A DNA stretch of 64,000 nucleotides from Bacilli bacterium (GCA_034185265.1 JAXFZD010000008.1:25-64024); one strand, 5' to 3'. Positions 47,982 to 57,856 are shown, numbered from the stretch's first letter. Notes: a model not told the origin generated them from the letters alone. Program-made: numbers and translations.

Positions 47982-50471
47982 ATGTCTTCATTCAGAAAGA
48001 AAAGTTCAAAACTAGACGAGCAGATTAAGAATGCTATTCTTTATAATCCTTCTCCAGAAGAAGGTCTAACTTCACAACAAGTTGAAGCAAGAACGAAAGA
48101 AGGTTTACTTAATAAATCTAAGAAAGTTGTTACTAAATCTTATACTCAAATCTTTTTAACCAACGTCTTCAATCCATTAAATATTATTTTATTTGGTGTT
48201 TTTGCTTTAATGCTTACAGCAAAACTAGATATTATGTCCTATTTCTTTATGGGAATTTTAACTATAAATATGTTCATTGGAATCGCACAAGATATTCATG
48301 CAAGAAGATTAGTTTTAAAACTTAAGGTATTAAGTGATCCAAAAGCTGAAGTAATTAGAGATGGGAAATTAAAAACAATTGATGCTGGCTTAGTCGTTTT
48401 CGAAGACATCATGTTATTGCACACCGGAGACCAAATCTGTGCAGATTCCGTCTTAATTGAAGGAAATTGCTCTGTTGATGAGTCAATGTTAACTGGTGAA
48501 TCAGATTCAATTTCTAAGGTTCCAGGAGATACTTTATATTCAGGGACTTTTGTTACAAAGGGCAATGTTAAGGTTAAAGTAGTTAAAGTCAGCTCAGCTA
48601 ATTACTCTGAAATTATTCGAAGCAAAGCCGGAGAATTCTATACTCCAAAATCAGAAATTAAACACACAATTAATATCATTACTTTAATTTGTGGTTTCAC
48701 CGCTTTACTTTATGGATTACTTGCTGGCATCTCATTTATTGTAAAAGGCGAATTTACCGAACCAGCTTACGTTTCTTTCGTTAAATCTACTTCTGGTGCG
48801 ATGGTTGCCATGATTCCAGCTGGCATGTTCTTACTTACTTCTTGTGCATTAGCGGTTGGAGTTATTCAACTTTCTAGAAAGAGAATGCTTGTTCAACAAC
48901 TTTATTGTATTGAGATGCTTGCTAGGGTTGATGTTCTTTGTCTAGATAAAACAGGAACATTAACCGATGGAACGATGGATGTGAGCGAAGTTTCTTACTT
49001 TAATAAAGCTAAGGAAGAAGACATTATTTCAATCGTTTCTAACATTCTTCATTTTACAGGAGACTCTAATGCAACAGCTGCGGCTCTAAGGAAAAAATTT
49101 GGTGAAAATAGTGAAAAACAAGTGAACGGGGTCCTTCCTTTTGATTCTGAGTCTAAATTTTCTGCTATTTCTACTACTGATAATATTACTTATTGTTTAG
49201 GCGCTTATGGCTTTGTTCCTGCGGATAATGACGAAGATGCAGAAGTTGCAATTAATAATTTCTCGGCTAGAGGATTACGTTGCATTGTTGTAAGTGAAAA
49301 TAAAGGGGTTATCGAAGAAGGAAAGATAAAGAAAAAAGGATGTATACTAGCTGTTATAGGTTTATCTGATCATATTAAAGATGATGCTAAGGATACAATT
49401 GCTTGGTTTAAATCTAATGATGTTGCTATAAGAGTTATTTCTGGTGACGCTCCTCAAACTGTTTCTTATATCGCAAAGGAAGCAGGAGTAGAAAATGCAG
49501 AAAACTATATTTCTTTACAAGGTATGAGCTTAGAAGAAGTTGCTCTTATTGCTGGAAGTTACACTGTGTTTGGAAGAGTTTCTCCTGAACAAAAAGCAGT
49601 ATTAATCTCTACTTTCAAAAAGATGGGACATACAGTCGCAATGACTGGAGATGGTGTAAACGACGTTTTAGCTTTAAAAGTTGCTGACTGCTCTATCGCT
49701 ATGGCTTCAGGATCTGACGCAGCTAAAGCAGTCGCCCACCTAGTTACTTTAGATAATTCTTTCTCATCTTTACCTGACGTAGTTGCTCAAGGAAGAAGAG
49801 TTATTAATAATCTTTCTAGAACTTGTTCATTATTCTTAACTAAGACAATTTTTGCGATGACACTTTCTTTAATATTCCTTATTTCAGTCTGGTGTGGAGG
49901 AAGAGCATATCCATTTAAAACAACATCTTTATTTGTTTGGGAAACTATATCAATTGGTATTGCAGCGTTCTTCTTAGCGCTTCAGCCATCTAATGAAAGA
50001 TTATCTACTTCATTTGCTAGAAAAACATTCGGAAGAGCAATTCCAGCCGGGATTTGCCAGGTTATTGGAGCTTTAGTACCATTTATATTCGCTATTTATG
50101 CACCTGAAATACTAGCTTTGAACGTTAGAAATGCTAATTTAGTTTGGGAAGTTGCAACTACTGTTTCAGTAATTATTTTCTCAGAATTATCTTTTGTAAT
50201 TTTATTAAGGGTATGTTGGCCATTAGATAAATATAGAACAATTGTTTTCTTTATTTGTCTTATTCTAGGATTTGGTTGCTTCTTATTAGATTACTATAAA
50301 AAGAAACCCTTAGATTTAATTTGGACTAATCTCAATATTTGGTCTGTTTTAGTTATTTTAATTGTTATGGTTGTTATGTCATTAGTCTATCTTGGATTAG
50401 ATAAAACATATAGATACATAAGTGATTCTATTTTTAAGGAGAATGTAAAAGATGAAGCTAAGAATAAATAA
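47982..50471 (+). CDS. P-type ATPase (CtpE-like), TM4 motif PEG changed to PAG
   Basis: LTGES, DKTGT phosphorylation site, ISGD, GDGVND; TM4 reads MIPAGM. Confidence 0.9.
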   Translation: MSSFRKKSSKLDEQIKNAILYNPSPEEGLTSQQVEARTKEGLLNKSKKVVTKSYTQIFLTNVFNPLNIILFGVFALMLTAKLDIMSYFFMGILTINMFIGIAQDIHARRLVLKLKVLSDPKAEVIRDGKLKTIDAGLVVFEDIMLLHTGDQICADSVLIEGNCSVDESMLTGESDSISKVPGDTLYSGTFVTKGNVKVKVVKVSSANYSEIIRSKAGEFYTPKSEIKHTINIITLICGFTALLYGLLAGISFIVKGEFTEPAYVSFVKSTSGAMVAMIPAGMFLLTSCALAVGVIQLSRKRMLVQQLYCIEMLARVDVLCLDKTGTLTDGTMDVSEVSYFNKAKEEDIISIVSNILHFTGDSNATAAALRKKFGENSEKQVNGVLPFDSESKFSAISTTDNITYCLGAYGFVPADNDEDAEVAINNFSARGLRCIVVSENKGVIEEGKIKKKGCILAVIGLSDHIKDDAKDTIAWFKSNDVAIRVISGDAPQTVSYIAKEAGVENAENYISLQGMSLEEVALIAGSYTVFGRVSPEQKAVLISTFKKMGHTVAMTGDGVNDVLALKVADCSIAMASGSDAAKAVAHLVTLDNSFSSLPDVVAQGRRVINNLSRTCSLFLTKTIFAMTLSLIFLISVWCGGRAYPFKTTSLFVWETISIGIAAFFLALQPSNERLSTSFARKTFGRAIPAGICQVIGALVPFIFAIYAPEILALNVRNANLVWEVATTVSVIIFSELSFVILLRVCWPLDKYRTIVFFICLILGFGCFLLDYYKKKPLDLIWTNLNIWSVLVILIVMVVMSLVYLGLDKTYRYISDSIFKENVKDEAKNK

Positions 50472-51363
50472 TGAAGTTACAAAAGCTTTAGAAGAACATA
50501 GGGCTGTTGTTGCTTTAGAATCAACAATTATTTCTCATGGAATGCCTTATCCAAAAAATGTGGAGACTGCTTTAGGAGTAGAAAAAGTAATTAGAGATCA
50601 AGGTGTAATTCCTGCAACTATAGGAATTATTGATGGAGAAATTGTTGTTGGCATGACTCCTGAAGAAATAGATGAATTTGGAAAAAGAAAAGGTATAGCA
50701 AAGGTTTCTAAAAGAGATTTACCAATAGTTGTTGCTAATAAAAGTTGGGGGGCAACTACGGTTTCAGGGACAATGATTGTTGCGGAAATGGCTGGAATTA
50801 AATTTTTCGTAACAGGGGGAATTGGCGGAGTTCATGTTGGAGCAGAGACTACTTTTGATATTTCTAGAGATTTAAAAGAACTTGGATGCAGAAATGTAGT
50901 AGTTATTTGTTCTGGAGCAAAAGCAATTCTAGATATTCCCAAGACTTTAGAATATTTAGAAACAGAAGGTGTTACGGTTCTTTCTAATAACAATCCTTCA
51001 TTTGCTAATTTCTATAGTGTATCTACTAATGGAGCAGTCGACTACATGTTTAAAACTCCTAAAGAAGCCGCAGAAATAGTTAAAGCTAAAGATGAATTAG
51101 GATTAGATGGAGGAATATTAGTTTCTAATCCAATCCCTGAAGAATATGCGCTGCCACATGAATACATTGATAAATTTGTTAAACAAGCTCTAGAAGATGC
51201 TGAAAAAGCAGGAGTTAGAGGAAAAGATTCAACCCCATTTCTATTAAAGAGAATTGTTGAGCTAACAGGTGGAGAAAGTTTAGAAGCCAACATTGCTTTA
51301 GTTAAGAATAACGCTTTATTAGGGGCACAAATAGCAAAAGAGTTTTATAAGGAGGAAAAATAA
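50452..51363 (+). CDS. psuG: Pseudouridine-5'-phosphate glycosidase
   Basis: VVALESTIISHGMPYP, KVSKRD, ATTVSGTM, TGGIGGVH, DISRDL, GKDSTPFLL. Confidence 0.95.
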   Translation: MKLRINNEVTKALEEHRAVVALESTIISHGMPYPKNVETALGVEKVIRDQGVIPATIGIIDGEIVVGMTPEEIDEFGKRKGIAKVSKRDLPIVVANKSWGATTVSGTMIVAEMAGIKFFVTGGIGGVHVGAETTFDISRDLKELGCRNVVVICSGAKAILDIPKTLEYLETEGVTVLSNNNPSFANFYSVSTNGAVDYMFKTPKEAAEIVKAKDELGLDGGILVSNPIPEEYALPHEYIDKFVKQALEDAEKAGVRGKDSTPFLLKRIVELTGGESLEANIALVKNNALLGAQIAKEFYKEEK

Positions 51364-51365
51364 GG

Positions 51366-51929
51366 ATGATTACAGAGGCAAAATTTAAATATGCGTTAAA
51401 AGATTTAATGCACAACAATGAATTAGAAGATATTAATGTAACTTTGCTTTGTAAAAAGTGCGGATGCCACCGTCAGACATTCTATTATCATTATCAAGAT
51501 ATCTACGATCTAATTGCTTCAATCTTATTAAATGAAGATTTAACTACATTTTCAAATCAAACTGATTTAAGAAAAGCTTTAAATACGTTCTTAGCTTATG
51601 TAGAGGACAATTTAGAGTTTTTAGAGAAATCTTATAACAGTGCTGCTAGAGATTTAGTTGATGATTTTATTTATGAAACAGTTTACAAAAAGATTTTAAA
51701 AATAATTGCAGATAACGATAAAGCAGTAATGAAAAAACCTCAAATTCGAACAGTTTGCCGGAGATTTGCAAAGATTTTGTCAAATGAATACTGCGCATGC
51801 TTTAAAGAAAATTACCATGTTTATGACAAATTCCATAAGCGTATGCTTAAGTTTAACGATTGCTTAATTAAGATTATTCTCCCTTCTTTGATAGAAACAT
51901 CAAAGAAAGAAGATTTCTCAATTCTATAA
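51366..51929 (+). CDS. TetR-like transcriptional regulator (DhaS-type)
   Basis: INVTLLCKKCGCHRQTFYYHYQDIYDL HTH. Confidence 0.85.
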   Translation: MITEAKFKYALKDLMHNNELEDINVTLLCKKCGCHRQTFYYHYQDIYDLIASILLNEDLTTFSNQTDLRKALNTFLAYVEDNLEFLEKSYNSAARDLVDDFIYETVYKKILKIIADNDKAVMKKPQIRTVCRRFAKILSNEYCACFKENYHVYDKFHKRMLKFNDCLIKIILPSLIETSKKEDFSIL

Positions 51930-51958
51930 AAAAGTATGTTTTTTATTTCTTGATAACG

Positions 51959-52039
51959 TATAATAACGGGGCTTTAAATAGAGGCCTCGAGTAACAGTAC
52001 ACGTGTGATGGCTGTTACAAAAGTTATCACAAATGGAGG
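51959..52039 (+). promoter_or_regulatory. Candidate structured 5' leader (hairpin plus H-type pseudoknot or alternative stems)
   Basis: TATAAT at 51959; hairpin 51968-51988; stem GTAACAG/CTGTTAC (51991-97 / 52012-18); loop TGTGAT (52004-09) complementary to ATCACA (52026-31); SD GGAGG at 52035. Confidence 0.45.
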
Positions 52040-52046
52040 TTCTCTT

Positions 52047-53303
52047 ATGATTAAAAAGAACGATTTCGCGACATTTATTGTCTATATAGGAATGCTTGTT
52101 ATCGCTTTAGCGGTTGCATTTTTTGGTATAAGGCCAGTAATTGAACATACAGCAAACTCTTTACCAGTTCACTATGTTGTTTTAGTAATTCTTGGATTAT
52201 TAACTGGAATTATCATAAACTCGTTACTTATTGAATTTGGTCATCTTTTAGGTGCTAAAGCTGGTAAATATAAAGTTTATAGATTTAACATCTTAGGTTT
52301 TACTTTTGAAGACGATAAAAAATCTGAAACAAAGAAAAGAAACATTAAATTTTCTGGTCCAGAAGGATTAACTGGAGATACAAAAGTTCTTCCTTTAGAT
52401 AGAGAAAAATCTACTTTAAGTGCTTATATCTTATTTCCATTCTTAGCAATCATAATTGAATTCATCATTTTTGTTGTGTTTATTGTTAATGCTCAAAATG
52501 CTGTTGGAGCATCTTCTGGATATAAAGGAGATCTAGCTCAAGGTTGGATCATTATATTTGGTGAAGCTCATTTAGCAGTTACCGGAATGATTGTTTTCTA
52601 CGATATTTTCCCTGCAAGACTTGAATCTATTACTGATGGATTCCTTCTTTCTATCTTAACTAAACCTATAAATAAGGTTGCTTATAACGATTTATTAGTT
52701 AGAGAAGAAGCTCTTTATTATAAAGAAACTCCAAAACCTCTTCCTATTTATAAAGATCTCTCTGATTTAACCTATTTATTAAATAATGCTGTTGCTTATG
52801 AATATATGCAAACTAAGCATTATGAAGACGCAATTAAAGTCTTTGATTTAGCAATAAATTGTGAAAGAGGACTAGTTAAAATTAAGAAAACCGAAGCTTT
52901 ATGTAATAAATTTGTTGCTCTTGCTCTTTTATTAAAAGAAAAAGAATTTAAGACAATTTATGAAAACTTCGATGATGCTACTAAAGGATATATTTCTAAT
53001 TTAAATTCTTTAGCCGCTCTAAAATCCTATTTATTAATATCAGGATTAATTGAAAGTAGCGAGAATGAAGCAGAATATGCCTTAGGAAAAGCTGGGAGAC
53101 TTCTTAAACAATTAGAAAAAGAAGAACAGCCTCTACATGTCGACTTAATTAATCAATGTGTTGATTTAGTTAAAAGAAATCATCCTTCCTGGGAAATTGC
53201 ACTTGATTTTGTTATGAAAGAAGATGAAAAAGAAGAGGAAGAGGTTGAAGAAGTCGAAGAAGTTTTAGAAGAAGTTGAAGAAGACGAAAAAAACGATAAA
53301 TAA
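52047..53303 (+). CDS. Membrane protein, degenerate M50 (site-2) peptidase-like N-terminus, TPR-like helical C-terminus and acidic tail
   Basis: IEFGH in place of HExGH, FPARLESITDG resembling NxxPxxxxDG; SD GGAGG before ATG 52047. Confidence 0.55.
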   Translation: MIKKNDFATFIVYIGMLVIALAVAFFGIRPVIEHTANSLPVHYVVLVILGLLTGIIINSLLIEFGHLLGAKAGKYKVYRFNILGFTFEDDKKSETKKRNIKFSGPEGLTGDTKVLPLDREKSTLSAYILFPFLAIIIEFIIFVVFIVNAQNAVGASSGYKGDLAQGWIIIFGEAHLAVTGMIVFYDIFPARLESITDGFLLSILTKPINKVAYNDLLVREEALYYKETPKPLPIYKDLSDLTYLLNNAVAYEYMQTKHYEDAIKVFDLAINCERGLVKIKKTEALCNKFVALALLLKEKEFKTIYENFDDATKGYISNLNSLAALKSYLLISGLIESSENEAEYALGKAGRLLKQLEKEEQPLHVDLINQCVDLVKRNHPSWEIALDFVMKEDEKEEEEVEEVEEVLEEVEEDEKNDK

Positions 53304-53323
53304 ACCTTAAAAACACACATAAT

Positions 53324-53350
53324 GGGTTTGGCTTAGGTCAGCCCTTTTTT
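53324..53350 (+). terminator. Intrinsic terminator
   Basis: GGGTTTGGC-TTAG-GTCAGCCC followed by TTTTTT. Confidence 0.7.
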
Positions 53351-53400
53351 ATTGTGCTTTTTTGTATATAAGGTATTATTTTATTAACGAGCTAGAAAAT

Positions 53401-54258
53401 ATGAATAAAGCTGTTATTGTAAGCGATTCAACCATAGATCTTACTAAAGAAGATTACGAGAAAAATAATATTCGTATCGTTCCTTTAATTGTTCGTTTAG
53501 GTGAAAAACAATTTAAAGATGGAGTAGATATCTCGGCTTTAGATATTTTTAATCATTTTAAAGAAACTAAGGAACTTCCAGCTACAGCTGCAGTTAGTTC
53601 AGAGGAACTTTACGAAGTTTTTAAAGAAGAGATAGATAAAGGAAATGATGTTGTTTTTGTAGGCATTGGATCTAATTTATCTAGCACTCTTCAAGCAGCT
53701 AATATAGCTAAAATGGAACTCCCCGAGGAAAGAGTATTTATCGTGGATTCTTTAAATTTATCTAGTGCATCAGGGATTTTAGCTCTTAAAGGGGCAAAAT
53801 TAGCAATAAAAGGCAACTCAGCTAGTTATATTGCAAATAAATTAAATAAAATGGCTCCAAAACTATCTGCCCAATTTGGTGTAGAAAGTTTAGACTTCCT
53901 TCATAAAGGTGGAAGATGTTCAGGTACAGCAAGAGTTATTGGAAAATTATTCCATGTTCATCCAATAGCAAAAATTAAGGATCAAAAACTCATGCTTTAT
54001 AAGATGCCTAGAGGAAAGATTGAAGCCTATTTGGATACTCTAATTGATATTGTTAAAGAGGATAAAGGCAATATTGATGAAGATTATGTAATGATTACAT
54101 GTACTGAGGATATGGATAAAAAGTATATTGATTACGTTAAACAAGGCTTAAAAGATATTGTTAAAGAATCGTGTATTCATGTAACTCCAGTAGGTAGTGT
54201 AATTTCCAGTCATTGCGGGCCAGGAACTCTAGGAATTTTATATTTAAAAAACAATTAG
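53401..54258 (+). CDS. degV: DegV family fatty-acid-binding protein
   Basis: VSDSTIDL, ATAAVS, IGSNLSST, DSLNLS, L.KGGR, ISSHCGPGTLG. Confidence 0.92.
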   Translation: MNKAVIVSDSTIDLTKEDYEKNNIRIVPLIVRLGEKQFKDGVDISALDIFNHFKETKELPATAAVSSEELYEVFKEEIDKGNDVVFVGIGSNLSSTLQAANIAKMELPEERVFIVDSLNLSSASGILALKGAKLAIKGNSASYIANKLNKMAPKLSAQFGVESLDFLHKGGRCSGTARVIGKLFHVHPIAKIKDQKLMLYKMPRGKIEAYLDTLIDIVKEDKGNIDEDYVMITCTEDMDKKYIDYVKQGLKDIVKESCIHVTPVGSVISSHCGPGTLGILYLKNN

Positions 54259-54344
54259 TAGATTACCACTAAAGATTTGAGTCTCTAAAAGAGAAACTAG
54301 GAATAGTGGTTTTTCTTTTACTTAGTAAAAAATATAATTTTTAC

Positions 54345-54425
54345 TTGCACTTTATTTATAAAGAATGGATAATTTGAACGCTCTCTGTGAAACATAGAGG
54401 TTTTACGGCGAAAGGAGACATTGCA
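54345..54425 (+). promoter_or_regulatory. rpmE promoter and structured leader
   Basis: TTGCAC-17 nt-GATAAT; hairpin CTCTGTG-AAA-CATAGAG (54383-54399) ahead of SD AAGGAG. Confidence 0.6.
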
Positions 54426-54641
54426 ATGAAAGAAGGTATTCATCCAAAATATCATACCTGTAAAGTAGTTTGCACAACCTGCGGAGCAACATTTGAAACT
54501 GGATCTACATTAAAAGAGATTAAAGTCGATACTTGCTCAAATTGCCACCCATTCTACACTGGCAAACAAAGATTTGTACAAGCTGACGGACGTATTGATA
54601 AGTTCAATAAGAAACTTGCAAAAGCAAATCAAGGCAAGTAA
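54426..54641 (+). CDS. rpmE: 50S ribosomal protein L31 (zinc-binding type)
   Basis: MKEGIHPKY, four Cys ligands, [15 protein letters not shown]. Confidence 0.97.
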   Translation: MKEGIHPKYHTCKVVCTTCGATFETGSTLKEIKVDTCSNCHPFYTGKQRFVQADGRIDKFNKKLAKANQGK

Positions 54642-54886
54642 TTACGATTGATAAAATTTCCGCTAGACAAAAATGGCGGTTTTTTTACGCCTTTTTTAGA
54701 ACAATAGAAAATTCGTATTTTTTACTAATTAATGATGCCAAATTGAGAAAAAATGCTTGTAATTTCAAATGATTAAAAAGAGTCACCCTTTTTATGTAAA
54801 TTTGAGTGTAAAGAATAAATAAATTAGAAATTTATTATTAGATCATAAATTACTATAATAATGAGGATCCAAATGGAGAGAAAAAA

Positions 54887-56488
54887 ATGAGTAAGAAATT
54901 TTATATCACGACACCTATTTACTATCCTAGCGCAGCGCCACACTTAGGACATTGTTACTGCACAACCATGGCAGATATTTTAGCTAGAAATAAAAGAATG
55001 AGAGGTTTTGATACCTATTTTCTTACAGGATTAGATGAACATGGTGAAAAAATCGAAAAAAATGCAAAAGCCAAAGGAGTTACTCCTCAACAATTTGTTG
55101 ATGAAGTAGCTGTTACTTTTACAGATTTATGGAAAGCCATGCAAATTTCTAATGATGATTTTATTCGTACAACTCAAGAAAGACATTATCTAAAAGTCCA
55201 AAAGATTTTCTCTCAATTATTAGAACAAGGAGATATTTATCTTTCTTCTTATAATGGATGGTATTGCGTTCATGAGGAAACCTACTATACAGAAACTCAA
55301 TTAGATGAGAATCACTGTTGTCCTGAATGTCATAGACCAGTAGAAAAGAAAGACGAAGAAGCTTATTTCTTTAAAGCTGGTAAATATTCAGATTTCCTTT
55401 TAGATTTATATGATAAAAATCCTAAATTTATTTATCCAGTTTCCAAAAAGAATGAAATGGTAAATAACTTCATTAAACCAGGGTTGCAAGATTTATGTGT
55501 TTCTAGAACTTCTTTTGACTGGGGAATTCAAGTCGTTGAAGATCCAAAACACGTTATCTACGTTTGGCTAGATGCTCTTACTAACTATATTACAGCCTTA
55601 GGTTATATGGATTCTGATTGTTATTTATTTGATAAATTCTGGAGAGATGAAGAATGTGAAATTGTTCATCTTATCGGAGCTGACATTACTAGATTCCATA
55701 CAATTTATTGGCCAGAATTCCTTCACTGCTTAGGATTAAGAGAGCCTAATAGAGTATTTGTCCACGGTCTTCTTATGATGAAAGATGGAAAAATGTCTAA
55801 ATCTAGAGGAAATACAATTTCTGCATATCCATTAATTGATCAATATGGAGTAGATTCAGTGAGATATTATTTAGCCTCTGAAATTCCTTTTGGAAGTGAT
55901 GGCGTATTCACTCCAGAAGACTTCATCCATAGAATAAATTTAGATTTATCTAATAATTTAGGGAACCTTGTTAATAGGACAATTTCTATGATTTTCAAAT
56001 ATTTTAACGGAGTTTTACCGGGATTTAATGATAAATTAGATGAATCTGATAAAGAATTAGTTAATTTAAGAAGAGGTACTATCTCAAAATATGAATATCT
56101 TTTTGATGACTTAAAAGTTACTGAAGCTGTAGCTGAAGTAATGAACTTATGTTCAGCAGCAAATAAATATATTGAGAATAAGGCTCCTTGGACTTTATTT
56201 AAAGAAGGAAGAATTGAGGAACTATCGAATGTTATGACTAACCTTGCTAATTCAATTTTTGTAGCTGGAATGCTACTTTCTCCAATCTTAGTCAATAAAT
56301 CAAAAGATATTTTCAAGTCATTAGGATTAGATGAAAAAGTTAACTATGAACTAATTAAAGATGAAGAATATTTAAGAGAAAAGAACGTTATTAAACTTGA
56401 TGCTCTTTTCCCAAGACTAGATGAAAATAAAGAAAAAGAGTTTATCGCTAACATTATGAATACTCCTAAAGAAAAGGCAGCAGCTTAA
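54887..56488 (+). CDS. metG: Methionine--tRNA ligase (short form, no C-terminal tRNA-binding domain)
   Basis: YITTPIYYP, HLGH, GLDEHGEKI, YVWLDAL, KMSKS. Confidence 0.97.
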   Translation: MSKKFYITTPIYYPSAAPHLGHCYCTTMADILARNKRMRGFDTYFLTGLDEHGEKIEKNAKAKGVTPQQFVDEVAVTFTDLWKAMQISNDDFIRTTQERHYLKVQKIFSQLLEQGDIYLSSYNGWYCVHEETYYTETQLDENHCCPECHRPVEKKDEEAYFFKAGKYSDFLLDLYDKNPKFIYPVSKKNEMVNNFIKPGLQDLCVSRTSFDWGIQVVEDPKHVIYVWLDALTNYITALGYMDSDCYLFDKFWRDEECEIVHLIGADITRFHTIYWPEFLHCLGLREPNRVFVHGLLMMKDGKMSKSRGNTISAYPLIDQYGVDSVRYYLASEIPFGSDGVFTPEDFIHRINLDLSNNLGNLVNRTISMIFKYFNGVLPGFNDKLDESDKELVNLRRGTISKYEYLFDDLKVTEAVAEVMNLCSAANKYIENKAPWTLFKEGRIEELSNVMTNLANSIFVAGMLLSPILVNKSKDIFKSLGLDEKVNYELIKDEEYLREKNVIKLDALFPRLDENKEKEFIANIMNTPKEKAAA

Positions 56489-57837
56489 TGGAAAAACTCT
56501 CAATAAAAGAAAAAATATCAGGGATTTGCGTAGATTTAACCTATAAAGGACTAGGTTTAGTTAAATATAAAAATTTTAATATTTTAGTTTCTGGCTTATT
56601 TAAAGACGAAGAAGGTGAGTTTGAAATTCAATATAAAAGAGCTGATTTTTATTATGCCAAGATTCTTAAATTAACAAAGATTTCGCCAGACAGAATTCAG
56701 CCTAAATGCAAGGTATGTAGCGCGTGTGGAGGTTGTTCTTTTCAACAACTTTCTTATGATGCTCAACTTAAGTTTAAAAGAGTTCTAGTTGAAAGTCAGA
56801 TGAGAAAAGTCGGGAAGATAGATTTTCCTGTTGATGAATGCGAAGGAATGGAAGATCCATATTTCTACCGCAATAAAATTCAGATGCCTTTTGGCAAAGA
56901 TAATAGGGGAAATATCTACTCTGGTTTCTATAAAGAAGGAACACATATCATAGTTCCGATCGATAAATGCTATATTGAAGATGAAAGAGCAACTGAAATA
57001 ATGAATACAATTAAAAAGCTCATGAAGTCTTTTAAAATTGAACCATATAATGAAGATAGTAGAAGGGGAATTATAAGACATGTATTAATAAAAACTTCTC
57101 ATTTTAAAGATGAAATCATGGTCGTCTTAGTTACTAATATTGATGTCTTTCCTTCAAGAAAAAACTTCGTGAAAGAATTAGTTAAACTTCATCCAAATAT
57201 TGTTACAGTAGTTCAAAATATCAATTCTAGACACACTAATGTAATCCTAGGAAATAAGGAATATGTCCTTTATGGAAAAGGTTATATTGAAGATTATTTA
57301 TGCGGGTTGAAGTTTAAAATTTCGGCAAGGTCATTTTATCAAACAAATCCTGTAATGACTGAAAAACTCTACAAAACCGCCATAGAATTTGCAAAATTGA
57401 CTGGAAATGAAGTAGTTTTTGATGCTTTTAGTGGTATTGGAACTATAGGATTAATTGCTTCTAAGCATGCTAAAAAAATTATCTCAGTAGAGATTGTTAA
57501 GGATGCTGTAAGAGATGGCATTAAAAACGCGAAAGATAATAATATAAATAACGTTGAGTTTTATTGTGATGATGCAACCAGCTTTGTTTTAAAATCAACT
57601 CAAAAATACGATGTGCTAGTAATGGACCCACCAAGAAAAGGTTCAGATGAAAAGTTTCTTAATGCTGTATTAAAAGCTAAGCCCAAAAGAATTGTGTATG
57701 TTTCTTGCAATCCTTCAACATTGGCTAGAGATTTAAAATATCTGCTTAAGGATTATGAAATAGAAAAAATAAAGCCTTTTGATATGTTCCCTTTTACTCT
57801 ACACGTTGAAACTATAGTAGGACTATATCGAAAATAA
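56488..57837 (+). CDS. rlmD: 23S rRNA (uracil-C5)-methyltransferase RlmD/RumA
   Basis: TRAM N-terminus, C..C..CGGC Fe-S motif, YRNK, FYQTN, DPPRKG, YVSCNPSTLARD, DMFPFTLHVET. Confidence 0.96.
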   Translation: MEKLSIKEKISGICVDLTYKGLGLVKYKNFNILVSGLFKDEEGEFEIQYKRADFYYAKILKLTKISPDRIQPKCKVCSACGGCSFQQLSYDAQLKFKRVLVESQMRKVGKIDFPVDECEGMEDPYFYRNKIQMPFGKDNRGNIYSGFYKEGTHIIVPIDKCYIEDERATEIMNTIKKLMKSFKIEPYNEDSRRGIIRHVLIKTSHFKDEIMVVLVTNIDVFPSRKNFVKELVKLHPNIVTVVQNINSRHTNVILGNKEYVLYGKGYIEDYLCGLKFKISARSFYQTNPVMTEKLYKTAIEFAKLTGNEVVFDAFSGIGTIGLIASKHAKKIISVEIVKDAVRDGIKNAKDNNINNVEFYCDDATSFVLKSTQKYDVLVMDPPRKGSDEKFLNAVLKAKPKRIVYVSCNPSTLARDLKYLLKDYEIEKIKPFDMFPFTLHVETIVGLYRK

Positions 57838-57856
57838 AAGATAATGTTTAATATAA

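Noticed and set aside
53220-53303. GAA-rich low-complexity runs (also at the gyrA 3' end, about 41800-41870) as tandem repeats
   Set aside because: They simply encode acidic protein tails; the GyrA acidic tail is a known feature.
54642-54886. Possible T-box or SAM riboswitch upstream of metG (also checked serS and lysS)
   Set aside because: No T-box GGTGG(T/A)ACC consensus, specifier stem or S-box core is visible. The region holds the rpmE terminator and AT-rich promoter sequence; the serS and lysS gaps are too short.
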